NCBI GenBank assembly: GCA_034667745.1
Contig: JAXDQP010000062.1
Location: 958-64,957 of the forward strand
DNA length: 64,000 nucleotides
Origin: Thermoplasmata archaeon
GTDB lineage: Archaea; Thermoplasmatota; E2; JACPAO01; JAHFTW01
Direction: 5' to 3'
Positions 26,859 to 36,350 of the stretch are shown in pieces (within the stretch, counting starts at the first letter, position 1; each line of letters starts with the position of its first letter). The position numbers were made by a program, and so were the translations under genes. The notes under the pieces are model-generated. The model was given only the letters and a program-made list of their open reading frames with translations. It ran no database searches and was not told the origin of the DNA.

Positions 26859-27854
26859 TCAGGGCTGGAGGCGGTCCAGGTTCGCCGGGTCCGGCCGCAG
26901 CCTCCCCTCCTCGATGCGGTGCACCAGCTCGACAAGCGCCTCGTTGACCGGCGCCTCCAGGCCGTGCTCCCGCGCGGTGGCGACGATGTGGCCGTTCAGG
27001 AACTCCACCTCGGTCCTCTGGCCGCGCTCCAGGCTCTGCAGGCTGCTCGACTTGTGCCGCCCCTGCCGCCGCCCGATGGCGCGCAGCATCAGGTGGCGGC
27101 CGGGGAGGGGCGTGGCGAACATCCAGGGCCGGAACCCCGCGACGGGCTCGAACCTGACGCCCGCCGCGTGGCCCGCGCGGTGGCCCTCCTCCACGATGGC
27201 GAGGAAGGCGGCGCGGGCGCGGCGGTCCTCCAGCAGCCTCGCCAGCTGCTCGCCGGCGGCCACGCCCAGGGTCGAGATGCAGCTGTTGATGAGCAGCTTG
27301 CTCCACTTGACGCCCAGCATGTTCGCGCTGACCGACACGGGCGCCGCGGGGGCCAGCAAGGTTGCCGCCGAGCGCACGGCCTGGCTTGGCGCGCCGCGCG
27401 GCCAGGGTCCCAGGATGAGGTGGCCCGCGCCGGTCTGGGCGCTCATGCCTGGGCCCAGCAGGGTCGCGGGGAGGCTGACGGTGCACTCCACGTGTCGCGC
27501 GCCGGCGATGGCGGCAAGCTTGTCGCCAAGCACGCCGTTTTGGAGTGTGACGACGGGCGCGTCGGGCCGCACCGCCGCCAGCCAGTGCCGCAGCGCGGGC
27601 GCGGCGTCGGCGCACTTGGTGGCCAGCACCAGCGCGCGGGCCTGGGCCCGGACGTCGCCGGGGTGGGCCACCGTGGGGACCGTGGCGCGCAGGACGGCGC
27701 CGCGCTCGTCCGTCGCCTCCAGCCCCGAGGCGGCGAGGTGGGCGGCGGCCTCCTCGGTGCGGCAGGCGAGCAGGGTGGGGGTGCCCGCTGCGTGCAGGCG
27801 CGCCGCCACGAGGACGCCGAGCGCGCCGGGGCCGACGACGAGCACGGGGTCCAC
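26859..27854 (-). CDS. panE: ketopantoate reductase
   Basis: VVGPGALG, TLQNG, KWSKLLIN, SSSLQSL..G.RTEVEFLNG. Confidence 0.85.
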   Translation of the reverse strand: MDPVLVVGPGALGVLVAARLHAAGTPTLLACRTEEAAAHLAASGLEATDERGAVLRATVPTVAHPGDVRAQARALVLATKCADAAPALRHWLAAVRPDAPVVTLQNGVLGDKLAAIAGARHVECTVSLPATLLGPGMSAQTGAGHLILGPWPRGAPSQAVRSAATLLAPAAPVSVSANMLGVKWSKLLINSCISTLGVAAGEQLARLLEDRRARAAFLAIVEEGHRAGHAAGVRFEPVAGFRPWMFATPLPGRHLMLRAIGRRQGRHKSSSLQSLERGQRTEVEFLNGHIVATAREHGLEAPVNEALVELVHRIEEGRLRPDPANLDRLQP

Positions 27855-28013
27855 GCCGCCGCAGCCCGCGCGCGGGGGAAAAGGGCGCCGACCCGCGTCG
27901 ACCCCCCCTTGATTTCACTTCGAACGGTCAAGTAGGGGAGGCCAGTCCGACGGTCGTTGACGGTCGTTTCACCCCTCCCGGGCCAAGGATTCTCCCCCCA
28001 GGACGGCATCTAG

Positions 28014-30128
28014 ATGCAGCCGATGGCCCCCGTCCAGCTCACCGTCCAGGACGCCCAGCTCGCGGCGAAGTGGGACTCGTTCCTGCAGGACTACACGAAG
28101 TCCCAGATCCAGCAGGCGGCGCTCGACTTCCCGGAGACCCGCAGCGTCACGGTCGCCTTCAACGACATCCAGCTGCGCGACCCCGACCTCGCCAACTACC
28201 TCCTGCACAAGCCCACCCAGTCCCTCCGCCTCGGCGCCCAGGTCCTGCACCAAGTGGACGTCACCGTGGACCCGCGGCCCAAGCTGCACCTGCGCATCAA
28301 CGGCCTGCCGGACTCGCAGCGCATCATCCCGCGCAACCTGCGGGCCGAGCACCTGGGGAAGTTCCTCGCCGTCGAGGGGCTCGTCAAGAAGGTCACCGAG
28401 GTGCGCCCCACCGTGCAGGAGGCGGTCTTCGAGTGCAAGGTGTGCACCACCCAGGTCCGCATCCTCCAGGACGACGAATTCCTCCAGGAGCCGGTCCTCT
28501 GCGAGACCTGTGACGCGCAGCGGCCGTGGCGCTTCGTCGAGGAGGACAGCCGCTACCTGGACCACCAAAAAGTCGAGATCCAGGAGGCGCCCGAGGGATT
28601 GCGCGGCGGCAGCCAGCCCGAGCGCCTCACCATCCACCTCACCGACGATTTGGTGCACAAGGTCGCGCCCGGCGACCGCATCCGCATCAACGGCATCCTC
28701 ACGACGCAGGCGCGCCGCCAGGGCAGCCAGAAGCGCGTCGAGTTCAACAAGATCCTGAACGGCGTCAGCATCGAGGTGCAGCAGCAGGAGTTTAGCGAGG
28801 TGCAGTACACCGCCGAGGAGGAGGACGAAATCTGCACCCTCGGCGAGGACCCGCGCATCTACGACCGCCTGCGCGCCAGCTTCGCCCCGACCATCTACGG
28901 CCTCGACGTGGAGAAGGACGCGCTCATCCTGAGCCTGTTCGGCGGCGTCGAGAAGACCTACAAGGACGGCAGCCGCAGCCGTGGCGACATCCACGTCCTC
29001 CTGGTCGGCGACCCCGGTGTCGCCAAGTCGCAGCTCCTTCGCTACCTCTCCAAGCTCGCCCCGCGCGCCATCTTCACGAGCGGCAAGGGCGCGAGCGCGG
29101 CCGGCCTCACCGCCGCCGCCGTGAAGGACGAGTTCGGCGAGGGCCAGTGGACCCTGGAGGCCGGCGCGCTCGTTCTGGCCGACAAGGGCATCGCCTGCAT
29201 CGACGAACTGGACAAGATGGACAAGAACGACCAGTCTTCGATGCACCAGGCGATGGAGCAGCAGGAAATCTCCATCGCGAAGGCCGGCATCTCGGCCACC
29301 CTGAAGTCGCGCTGCGCGGTCATCGGCGCCGCGAACCCCAAGCTGGGCCGCTTCGACGAGTTCACCCCCATCCACGAGCAGATCAACATGCCGCCGGCCC
29401 TCCTGAGCCGCTTCGACCTCATCTTCAGCCTGCTCGACAAGCCCGGCCGCGACAAGGACAGCCAGCTCGCGGGGCATCTCCTGAAGACCCACCAGGCGGG
29501 CGAGGTGCGCGAGCACCGCATGGCCCACCCCGGCGGCGCCTACACGATGGAGGACGAGGAGCGGCTGATGCAGCGCGTCAAGCCGGACCTCAGCGCGGAG
29601 CTGCTGCGCAAGTACGTCGCCTACGCCAAGCGCAACGTCTTCCCCGTCCTCTCGGAGGAGGCGCTCGAGACCATCAAGCAGTACTACGTCAACCTCCGCA
29701 ACAGCGGCGACGGCAGCATCCCCTTCACCGCCCGCCAGCTCGAGGCGTTCGTGCGCCTCGCCGAGGCAAGCGCCCGCATCCGCCTCAGCCAGGAGGCCGG
29801 CCTGGAGGATGCCCAGCGCGCCATCCGCATCGTCGAGTCCTACCTGCGCAGCGTCGGCGTGGACCGCGAGACCGGCAAGTTCGACATCGACGTCATCGCC
29901 ACCGGCGTCAGCCACAGCCAGCACGACCGCATGCGCATCCTCCTGGACGTCGTGCGGACCCTGGCCAAGAACGACAAGGGCTACGCGGCGGAGGACGACA
30001 TCGTGCGCGAGGCGAGCAAGCAGGGCATCGCGCCCGACCTGGCCCGCAAGAGCCTGGAGACGATGCACCGCAACGGCACCATCTTCGCGAAGGGCGGCGC
30101 CGGCAAGTACGCTCCCCTCAGCAACTGA
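28014..30128 (+). CDS. mcm: MCM replicative helicase
   Basis: Zn finger CKVC/CETC, LLVGDPGVAKSQ, IDELDKM, AMEQQ, LSRFDL, TARQLE. Confidence 0.97.
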   Translation: MQPMAPVQLTVQDAQLAAKWDSFLQDYTKSQIQQAALDFPETRSVTVAFNDIQLRDPDLANYLLHKPTQSLRLGAQVLHQVDVTVDPRPKLHLRINGLPDSQRIIPRNLRAEHLGKFLAVEGLVKKVTEVRPTVQEAVFECKVCTTQVRILQDDEFLQEPVLCETCDAQRPWRFVEEDSRYLDHQKVEIQEAPEGLRGGSQPERLTIHLTDDLVHKVAPGDRIRINGILTTQARRQGSQKRVEFNKILNGVSIEVQQQEFSEVQYTAEEEDEICTLGEDPRIYDRLRASFAPTIYGLDVEKDALILSLFGGVEKTYKDGSRSRGDIHVLLVGDPGVAKSQLLRYLSKLAPRAIFTSGKGASAAGLTAAAVKDEFGEGQWTLEAGALVLADKGIACIDELDKMDKNDQSSMHQAMEQQEISIAKAGISATLKSRCAVIGAANPKLGRFDEFTPIHEQINMPPALLSRFDLIFSLLDKPGRDKDSQLAGHLLKTHQAGEVREHRMAHPGGAYTMEDEERLMQRVKPDLSAELLRKYVAYAKRNVFPVLSEEALETIKQYYVNLRNSGDGSIPFTARQLEAFVRLAEASARIRLSQEAGLEDAQRAIRIVESYLRSVGVDRETGKFDIDVIATGVSHSQHDRMRILLDVVRTLAKNDKGYAAEDDIVREASKQGIAPDLARKSLETMHRNGTIFAKGGAGKYAPLSN

Positions 30129-30137
30129 CCAGTCTGA

Positions 30138-30242
30138 ACAGGGATTTCGGGGATTCCGGGGACCTTCGGTCATCCCTGTGCGATGTAAATAGGGAATTCA
30201 GTGGTTCCAGGAAACTCTCCCCGGAATCCCCGAAATCCCTGT
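30138..30242. repeat. Inverted-repeat element type B (25-bp perfect IR)
   Basis: ACAGGGATTTCGGGGATTCCGGGGA at 30138-30162 and its reverse complement at 30218-30242. Confidence 0.9.
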
Positions 30243-30318
30243 CCGGCTGGGGGGAGGGACCCGGCCTCATCCCTCCCCGTTATGTAGGGGTCCCTCGTAG
30301 GAAAAACCGAAGGAAACC

Positions 30319-30621
30319 GTGTTCGCCGTCAAGAACTACCAGCAAGGGCTCCAGCGCCTCCTGGCCGCGTGCGACGAGGAGCTTCTCGGCACCCGCCACA
30401 GCGAGGGCAAGTTCCGGCTGGACGTGGCGCCGAACTTCTACGACGGCATGCGCGTGGGGGCGCCCGAGCTGGGCCACTACCTGAAGTCCTGCACCGTGGC
30501 GAACCTGGTGGGGCCGCGCACCGTCGGCGTCGCGGTCGAGCTGGGCCTCGTGGACCCCGGCAACGTCCTCACCGTGGGGGGCGTCCCGCACGCGCAGGTG
30601 CTGGTGATGGACCTCTCATGA
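30319..30621 (+). CDS. DUF424-family protein
   Basis: LLAACDEELLG...FYDG...VANLVG..TV..AVELGLVD...GGVPHAQ. Confidence 0.9.
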   Translation: MFAVKNYQQGLQRLLAACDEELLGTRHSEGKFRLDVAPNFYDGMRVGAPELGHYLKSCTVANLVGPRTVGVAVELGLVDPGNVLTVGGVPHAQVLVMDLS

Positions 30622-31679
30622 TGCAGACCTGCGTGGAGTGCGGCGCCCAGGTGCCCAAGCTCATCGGCGGCTGCTGCCCGGACTGCTTCGTCAAGAAGGA
30701 GGCCCTCCTGATGGTCCCCGAGGTGCTGGACGTGGAGCTGTGCGCGCACTGCGACGCCCGCCACGTCGGCGCCCACTGGTTCGACCCCGACGAGGGCGTG
30801 CCGCTGTCGCACATCCGCGAGGAGGCCCTGCGGGGCTCCGTGCGGGTGCATCCCCTGGTGCGCAGCGCCGACGTGGAGATCGTGGAGCGGGTGCAGGACG
30901 AGCGCAACTTCCAGCACACCGTCCGCCTCGCGGGCGACGTCGAGGGCGTGCCCGTCCACGGCGAGTCGAAGGCCCTGGTGCGGATGCGCAAGAGCGTCTG
31001 CGACCGCTGCAGCCGCATGTTCGGCGGCTACTACGCGGCCATCATCCAGCTGCGCGGCAACCAGCGCGACGCGCGCCCCGAGGAGATCAAGCGGGCGCAC
31101 AAGGTCATCGGCGACGAGATGGACCGCCTGCGCGCCTCCGGCAACCGGCAGGCGTTCCTCACCAAGTCCGGCCCCGTCCCGGGCGGCTTCGACTACTACA
31201 TCGGCGACATCGAGGCGGCGCGCATCATCTCCAAGCTCATCGCCTCCCGCCTCTTCGCCACCGTGCAGGAGACGGCCAAGCTGGCGGGCCGCAAGGAGGG
31301 CGAGGACATCTACCGCGTCACCTTCCTGGTCCGCATCGCCCTCTACTCGACCGGCGACTTCGCCCGGCGCGGCGCCGAGGGCCTCGTGCAGGTGCTCCAG
31401 ATCGACAAGGGCAAGGTCCTGGTCTACGACATGGGCACCCACCGCCGCGACAAGGTCCCGGAGGAGGAGTTGCGCCGCCTGGGCGGCCCGGAGCTCCTGA
31501 AGGAGGCCGTCCTGGTGAGCCAGGACTCGGGAAACCTGCAGGTCTTGGACCCGGTGTCCCTCCATACCGTGGACCTGCCCCGGCCAGAAGGCTACGTGGC
31601 CGATGGAGCCACAATTTGGGTGCTTCGGCACGAGGAACGGCTGTTCGTTCCCCCGGTCCTGCCTGCACACCTGAAATGA
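30618..31679 (+). CDS. nmd3: Nmd3-family ribosome maturation protein
   Basis: Four CxxC pairs, CDRCSRMFGGYYAAIIQLRG, LAGRKEGEDIYRVTFLVR. Confidence 0.9.
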   Translation: MMQTCVECGAQVPKLIGGCCPDCFVKKEALLMVPEVLDVELCAHCDARHVGAHWFDPDEGVPLSHIREEALRGSVRVHPLVRSADVEIVERVQDERNFQHTVRLAGDVEGVPVHGESKALVRMRKSVCDRCSRMFGGYYAAIIQLRGNQRDARPEEIKRAHKVIGDEMDRLRASGNRQAFLTKSGPVPGGFDYYIGDIEAARIISKLIASRLFATVQETAKLAGRKEGEDIYRVTFLVRIALYSTGDFARRGAEGLVQVLQIDKGKVLVYDMGTHRRDKVPEEELRRLGGPELLKEAVLVSQDSGNLQVLDPVSLHTVDLPRPEGYVADGATIWVLRHEERLFVPPVLPAHLK

Positions 31680-31687
31680 TTTATATA
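31680..31687 (+). promoter_or_regulatory. archaeal TATA box
   Basis: TTTATATA upstream of the 31731 gene. Confidence 0.55.
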
Positions 31688-31730
31688 GGTCTGGCAGCAA
31701 ACCAAGCTCGTCCCTGGGAGTCCGCCGCTT

Positions 31731-32120
31731 TTGACCCAACGAATCCTGACCCTCGAAGACTTGGCAATGGCTGTCTCCAACCGAATCGGCATCGACGAGG
31801 AGGACGCCATGCGCGACGCGAACTTCGTGATGGACATCTTCGGCTTCGACGACCGCGTCATCGACAACGTCCTGGAGCCCGAGGACCGCCAGCTCTTCTA
31901 CATCCTCGAGGAGGAGGGCATGCTCACCACCGAGCGCGAGGAGACCACCCTCTACGACGGCCGCGAGTGGCGCACCCACTACTGGCTGTTCAAGAAGAAC
32001 CAGGTCTTCCTCATGTCGGAGGAGGAGCGCGAGGTCCGCCGCCGCAAGAAGGCGCAGCCGACCGAGGCCACCGTCTACACCCAGATCCCTGACGAGATGT
32101 GGGCCAGCCGGCAAATCTGA
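31731..32120 (+). CDS. DUF6015-like conserved Thermoplasmata protein
   Basis: FVMDIFGFDDRVIDNVLEPEDRQLFYILEEEGMLTTEREETTLYDGREWRTHYW. Confidence 0.75.
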   Translation: MTQRILTLEDLAMAVSNRIGIDEEDAMRDANFVMDIFGFDDRVIDNVLEPEDRQLFYILEEEGMLTTEREETTLYDGREWRTHYWLFKKNQVFLMSEEEREVRRRKKAQPTEATVYTQIPDEMWASRQI

Positions 32121-32193
32121 GCCCGCGCCCGCGCTCCCACTTTCACCCCTCTCCCCAACATCCCTTTTTCGCTCCAATCCCTGCCGGGTCCCG

Positions 32194-34176
32194 GTGCGAC
32201 TTCCCTACGCCCCCCGGCCCGGCCAGGAGGAGATGGGCGCCGCCATCGAGGCCGCCCAGAAGGAGGGCATGCACCTCCTGGTGGAGGCGGGCACCGGCAC
32301 CGGCAAGACCATCATCGCCCTCAGCGCCACGCTCGCCACGACGGACCGCGACGCCCGTCGCCTCGTCTACGCCACCCGCACCAACAGCCAGCAGAGCCAG
32401 GTCGTGGCCGAGCACAGCGCCCTCCAGGACGCCGGCCAGGCGCCCGGCCTTCTCATCCCCTTCATGGGCCGGCGCCAGTACTGCCCGCTGCTGCGGCTCA
32501 AGGACGAGTTCAAGGACGGCACCCCCGAGGAGCTGGGCCGCCTCTGCCGCGACGCCAAGCGCAAGGCGCTCCAGCAGCACGAGACCGGCAAGCCCGTCGA
32601 CGGCCACTGCCCCTTCTACCTCAAGCTGCTCCAGGACGGCCCCGACCCCGTCGAGGCGCTCCTCTCGGAGGGCGGCCTGGACGGCGGCCGGCTGGCGGCG
32701 CGCATCGAGCAGGCGGGCTCCTGCCCCTACGAGGCCCTCAAGCTCCTGATGCCCAAGGCGCGCACCGTCGTCGTGCCCTACATCTTCCTCCTCGACGACC
32801 GCCTGCGCGGCACGCTCTTCGAGTGGATGGGGACCAGCGCAACCGAGTGCCACCTCATCGTCGACGAGGCGCACAACCTCCCCGACGCGGCGCGCAGCCA
32901 CCACAGCCCGAAGCTCACCCGGGGCACGCTGCAGAGGGCGCAGAAGGAGGCCGAGGAGTACGGCGACCCGCAACTGGCCAAGCTGACCCTCACGACCAGC
33001 GTCCTCGACGCCCTGCTCGGCGCCCTGCACGACCTCGCGGACGAGCACGTGCGCGACGGCGAGGACGGCCTCGTCCCCCCCGACGGCCTCGACGAGGCCC
33101 TGATGCGCCGCCTGCGCCTGCCGACCCCCGCCATCCAGCGCATCGCCACCGACCTGGAGCGCTGGGGCGAGACCATCCGCGAGGACCGCCGCGCCAAGGG
33201 CCGCCTGCCCCGCAGCCACCTCGGCGCCATCGGCGCGTTCCTGAGCTTCTGGATGGCCAGCCGCGACGAGCCCTACGTCCAGCTCGTGGCGGGCGGCGAC
33301 AACCCCAGCCTGGAGATGTTCCTGCTCGACCCCGCCGCCGTCCTCGGCTGGCTCGGCGAGTTCCACAGCACGACCCACATGAGCGGCACCCTCGCCCCGC
33401 TGGAGGACCACCGCACCCTCTGCGGCCTCGACGCCGCGGGCACCACGCAGAAGGTGCTGCCCAGCGCGTTCCCCGCCGGCAACCTGCGCATCTACGGCCT
33501 CGAGGGGGTGCACCGCCGCTTCGAGGCCATCCAGCGCGACCCCGGCCTCGTGGCGCGGCAGCAGGAGGTCGCCCGCGAGGCGCTGCGCCGCTGCCCCGGC
33601 CGCACGGCCCTCTTCTTCCCGAGCCACCAGATGCTGCACGACTACCTCGAGGAGGGGTTCCTGCACGGCACCGGGCGCCAGCTCCACGTCGAGGAGCCGG
33701 AGGCCAGCACCGCCGACCTCGTCCGCCTCGTCGGCCGCTTCAAGGAGGACCCGTCGGGCAAGGCGCTGCTGCTCGGCGTCCTGGGGGGCCGCCTGTCCGA
33801 GGGCATGGACTTCCCGGGCAAGGCGATGGAGCACCTGCTCATCTTCGGCATCCCCTACCCGCGGCCGTCGGCGCGCGGCCAGGCGCTCATCCACCACTAT
33901 GACCGCAAGGCCGGCAACGGCTGGCAGGTCGCCGTCCACAACCCGGTCGGGCGGACGCTGCGGCAGGCCGTCGGGCGCCTGATTCGCGGCCCTGACGACA
34001 CCGGGACGGCCATTGTCCTTGACGACCGCGTCGTGCGGTTCCACGCCCACCTGAAGGGGCTGCGGATGGTCGCGGAGGTCGGGCAGATGGAGCCGCCGGG
34101 GGCCTCTTCCGATGCCGGCGATTCCTACCGCACCGCCGACACCCTCGCCAGGAAGGCCCCTCCTGGAGTGACATAA
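32194..34176 (+). CDS. XPD/Rad3/DinG-family Fe-S DNA helicase
   Basis: PRPGQ Q-motif, EAGTGTGKT, Fe-S cysteines, IVDEAHNL, SGTL.P, SEGMDFPG, RQAVGRLIRGPDD. Confidence 0.92.
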   Translation: MRLPYAPRPGQEEMGAAIEAAQKEGMHLLVEAGTGTGKTIIALSATLATTDRDARRLVYATRTNSQQSQVVAEHSALQDAGQAPGLLIPFMGRRQYCPLLRLKDEFKDGTPEELGRLCRDAKRKALQQHETGKPVDGHCPFYLKLLQDGPDPVEALLSEGGLDGGRLAARIEQAGSCPYEALKLLMPKARTVVVPYIFLLDDRLRGTLFEWMGTSATECHLIVDEAHNLPDAARSHHSPKLTRGTLQRAQKEAEEYGDPQLAKLTLTTSVLDALLGALHDLADEHVRDGEDGLVPPDGLDEALMRRLRLPTPAIQRIATDLERWGETIREDRRAKGRLPRSHLGAIGAFLSFWMASRDEPYVQLVAGGDNPSLEMFLLDPAAVLGWLGEFHSTTHMSGTLAPLEDHRTLCGLDAAGTTQKVLPSAFPAGNLRIYGLEGVHRRFEAIQRDPGLVARQQEVAREALRRCPGRTALFFPSHQMLHDYLEEGFLHGTGRQLHVEEPEASTADLVRLVGRFKEDPSGKALLLGVLGGRLSEGMDFPGKAMEHLLIFGIPYPRPSARGQALIHHYDRKAGNGWQVAVHNPVGRTLRQAVGRLIRGPDDTGTAIVLDDRVVRFHAHLKGLRMVAEVGQMEPPGASSDAGDSYRTADTLARKAPPGVT

Positions 34177-34283
34177 AAGACAACCCCTTTATATGCACGA
34201 GAAATGGAGGTCAATACGGAAGCGGTGTGCTGGAACTTTTGAGTGCATCCCATCCCCTCCTCGTGAGGCCAGTGCCCCTTCCT

Positions 34284-34321
34284 CGGTGAGTGTGCCGGCG
34301 TCAAACCCGGCACACTCACCG
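34284..34321. terminator. 15-bp perfect hairpin between convergent genes
   Basis: CGGTGAGTGTGCCGG-N8-CCGGCACACTCACCG followed by T/C-rich tract. Confidence 0.5.
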
Positions 34322-34430
34322 TTAATTCTCTCTCGCAATTTTCTAAGCGTCGCTACGCAACTTTCTGAACGAGGTCCGCAGGACACAGGCGCCTCGCCGA
34401 AGGGCTGCATCCAAGTGCGGGACGCACCCG

Positions 34431-34721
34431 CTACCAGCGCTTCTTCTCCGCGATGTCGTAGTTGCGGATGACGCTCAGGGTGCCGCGCTTGCTGATGGCC
34501 TGCACCTTGCGGATGTCCTCGGGGCTCAGCTCGACGTCCTCGAACTTCAGCACGTCCTTCTGGCCGCTGCGGCCGCTGGGAAGGTTCATGCTGAGGCTGA
34601 CGACCTTGCTGCTGCCCTGCACGGGGTGGCCGAGCGCCTGGATGATGGCGAGCGCCTTGCCGGGCTCGATGTGGTCGAGGACGGTCCCGTTGCGGATGGG
34701 GACGATCTTGAACTCCTTCAT
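34431..34721 (-). CDS. pyrI: aspartate carbamoyltransferase regulatory chain, N-terminal domain only
   Basis: IRNGTVLDHI.PG, NLPSGR.G.KDVLK.E, TLSVIRNYDIAEK; ends at 96 aa. Confidence 0.85.
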   Translation of the reverse strand: MKEFKIVPIRNGTVLDHIEPGKALAIIQALGHPVQGSSKVVSLSMNLPSGRSGQKDVLKFEDVELSPEDIRKVQAISKRGTLSVIRNYDIAEKKRW

Positions 34722-35602
34722 GCGTCACCCAGGAGCGCGGAGAGGACTGCCATGCGGACGGGCACGGCATTCCGGGCTTGGTCAAAATACTTGGCCGCGG
34801 GGTGGGCGTCCACGTCGGCGGCAATCTCGTCGATGCGCGGCAGCGGGTGCATGACGATGGCCCGGCTCTTCGTGCGCTGCAGCAGCGCCGCGTCGATGCG
34901 CAGGGTGCCCTTGACCTGCTCGTAGGCGGCGGCGTCGGGGAAGCGCTCCTTCTGGATGCGCGTCATGTACAGCACGTCGCAGGTGGCCGCGGCCTCCTCC
35001 AGGGTCATCGTGCGGATGCCCTTGCCGACCTCGGCCGGCAACTCCAGGCCTGGCGCGGCGACGGAGACCGGGTGGGCGCCGAGGCGGCGCAGCGCGGGGA
35101 CGAGGCTGTGGACGGTCCGGCCGAACTTGAGGTCCCCCACGAGCGCGACCTCCAGGTCCTCGATGCCGCCCTTGCACTCCTCCATCGTGTAGAGGTCCAG
35201 CAGCGTCTGCGTCGGGTGCTCGCCGGGGCCGTCGCCGGCGTTGACGATGGGGACGCTGCTCACGGCGGCCGCGCGCTTGGCCGCGCCCTCGACGGGGTGG
35301 CGCATCACGATGAGGTCGGAGTAGCCCGCCAGCATCCGGATCGTGTCCTCCAGCGTCTCGCCCTTCGCGCTGCTCGTCGTCGCCGGGTCGGAGAAGCCGA
35401 TGACGCGGGCGCCGAGGCGGTGCGCGGCGGCCTCGAAGCTCAGCCGCGTGCGGGTGCTCGGCTCGAAGAATGCCGTGCAGACGATGCGGCCGTCCAGGAC
35501 GTGCCGCTGCTCCCGCATCCCCTTCTGCATCTCGCGGGCCCGGCGGATGAAGGAACGCAGGTCCTCGTCGCTCAGGTCATGGATGCTGGCGAGGTGCTTC
35601 AT
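34718..35602 (-). CDS. pyrB: aspartate carbamoyltransferase catalytic chain
   Basis: FFEPSTRTRLSF, NAGDG..EHPTQTLLD, YMTRIQKERF, MHPLPR. Confidence 0.97.
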   Translation of the reverse strand: MKHLASIHDLSDEDLRSFIRRAREMQKGMREQRHVLDGRIVCTAFFEPSTRTRLSFEAAAHRLGARVIGFSDPATTSSAKGETLEDTIRMLAGYSDLIVMRHPVEGAAKRAAAVSSVPIVNAGDGPGEHPTQTLLDLYTMEECKGGIEDLEVALVGDLKFGRTVHSLVPALRRLGAHPVSVAAPGLELPAEVGKGIRTMTLEEAAATCDVLYMTRIQKERFPDAAAYEQVKGTLRIDAALLQRTKSRAIVMHPLPRIDEIAADVDAHPAAKYFDQARNAVPVRMAVLSALLGDA

Positions 35603-35627
35603 GGCCCACCCGGTTGCGTTTGCGCGA

Positions 35628-35700
35628 TAGCCCCGACCGGATTCGAACCGATGCCAAAAGCTCCAGAGGCTCCTATCCTTGACCACTAGACTACGGGGCT
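35628..35700 (-). tRNA. tRNA-Gln(CTG)
   Basis: AGCCCCG acceptor stem, anticodon loop CT-CTG-GA, GGTTCGAATCC T-arm. Confidence 0.9.
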
Positions 35701-35907
35701 TTGTATCTCGTTTCGGTGCTGACCCACCGGCTTTGGGATAGGAACACGTGGAGCTTGGAGGACCAAGTCCAGTGGTCAACTTCGGCCACACAAGACCCCC
35801 ATATAAGGAAAATGGACCTGTGAACGACGCCCGCGCCGTCCACCGCCCCCTTGCCCAGATGCGGCATGGCCATCGCTAGGCAGGAGATGTCATCCAGGTG
35901 CGACAAC

Positions 35908-36300
35908 TTAGGGCGCTGTGCCGACTTGGCGCAAGACAATCTCCTCGGTTTGGCCCACCAGTAGGCAGACGGACCATCCGCAGGAAATGATGGCGCAGAT
36001 GCCATTGAACGTCCATGTGCCGCTGCCGACGCTGAAGTTCGGCACCCAGACATGCGCGCCGATGCCAAACCGGCTCGACTCGGGCCGAACCGGGACCAGG
36101 GGAAGAGGCTCGCTGCCCTCCGTCTTCAGGACACAAGGTCCGCTCACCACGCAGATGTCCACACCATAGCTTTGGCATTCCACGGCGACCGTGATATGGT
36201 CGATGATGTCCGACGGGTTGGGCAGGGGAGGCGTTTCCGCGGAGACGGAGGGGAGGAAGACAATGAGTCCGACCAAGGCCATGCAGGCAGAGCCACGCAT
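35908..36300 (-). CDS. secreted Cys-containing hypothetical protein
   Basis: Signal peptide MALVGLIVFLPSVSA; several cysteines. Confidence 0.55.
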   Translation of the reverse strand: MRGSACMALVGLIVFLPSVSAETPPLPNPSDIIDHITVAVECQSYGVDICVVSGPCVLKTEGSEPLPLVPVRPESSRFGIGAHVWVPNFSVGSGTWTFNGICAIISCGWSVCLLVGQTEEIVLRQVGTAP

Positions 36301-36350
36301 GGTTCTGCATCAAATGCACTCAGACCTTAAGCTTACGCTGGCGGATTTTG

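Noticed and set aside
28014..30128. Intein in MCM
   Set aside because: Length (704 aa) and motif spacing are normal.
30200..30216. GTTCCAGGAAAC after mcm, resembling an ORB box
   Set aside because: Single imperfect copy inside a repeat element, with no cdc6/orc1 or DUE nearby.
35701..35900. att duplication of a tRNA 3' end bounding the lower-GC island
   Set aside because: No copy of the tRNA-Val or tRNA-Gln 3' end found by eye.
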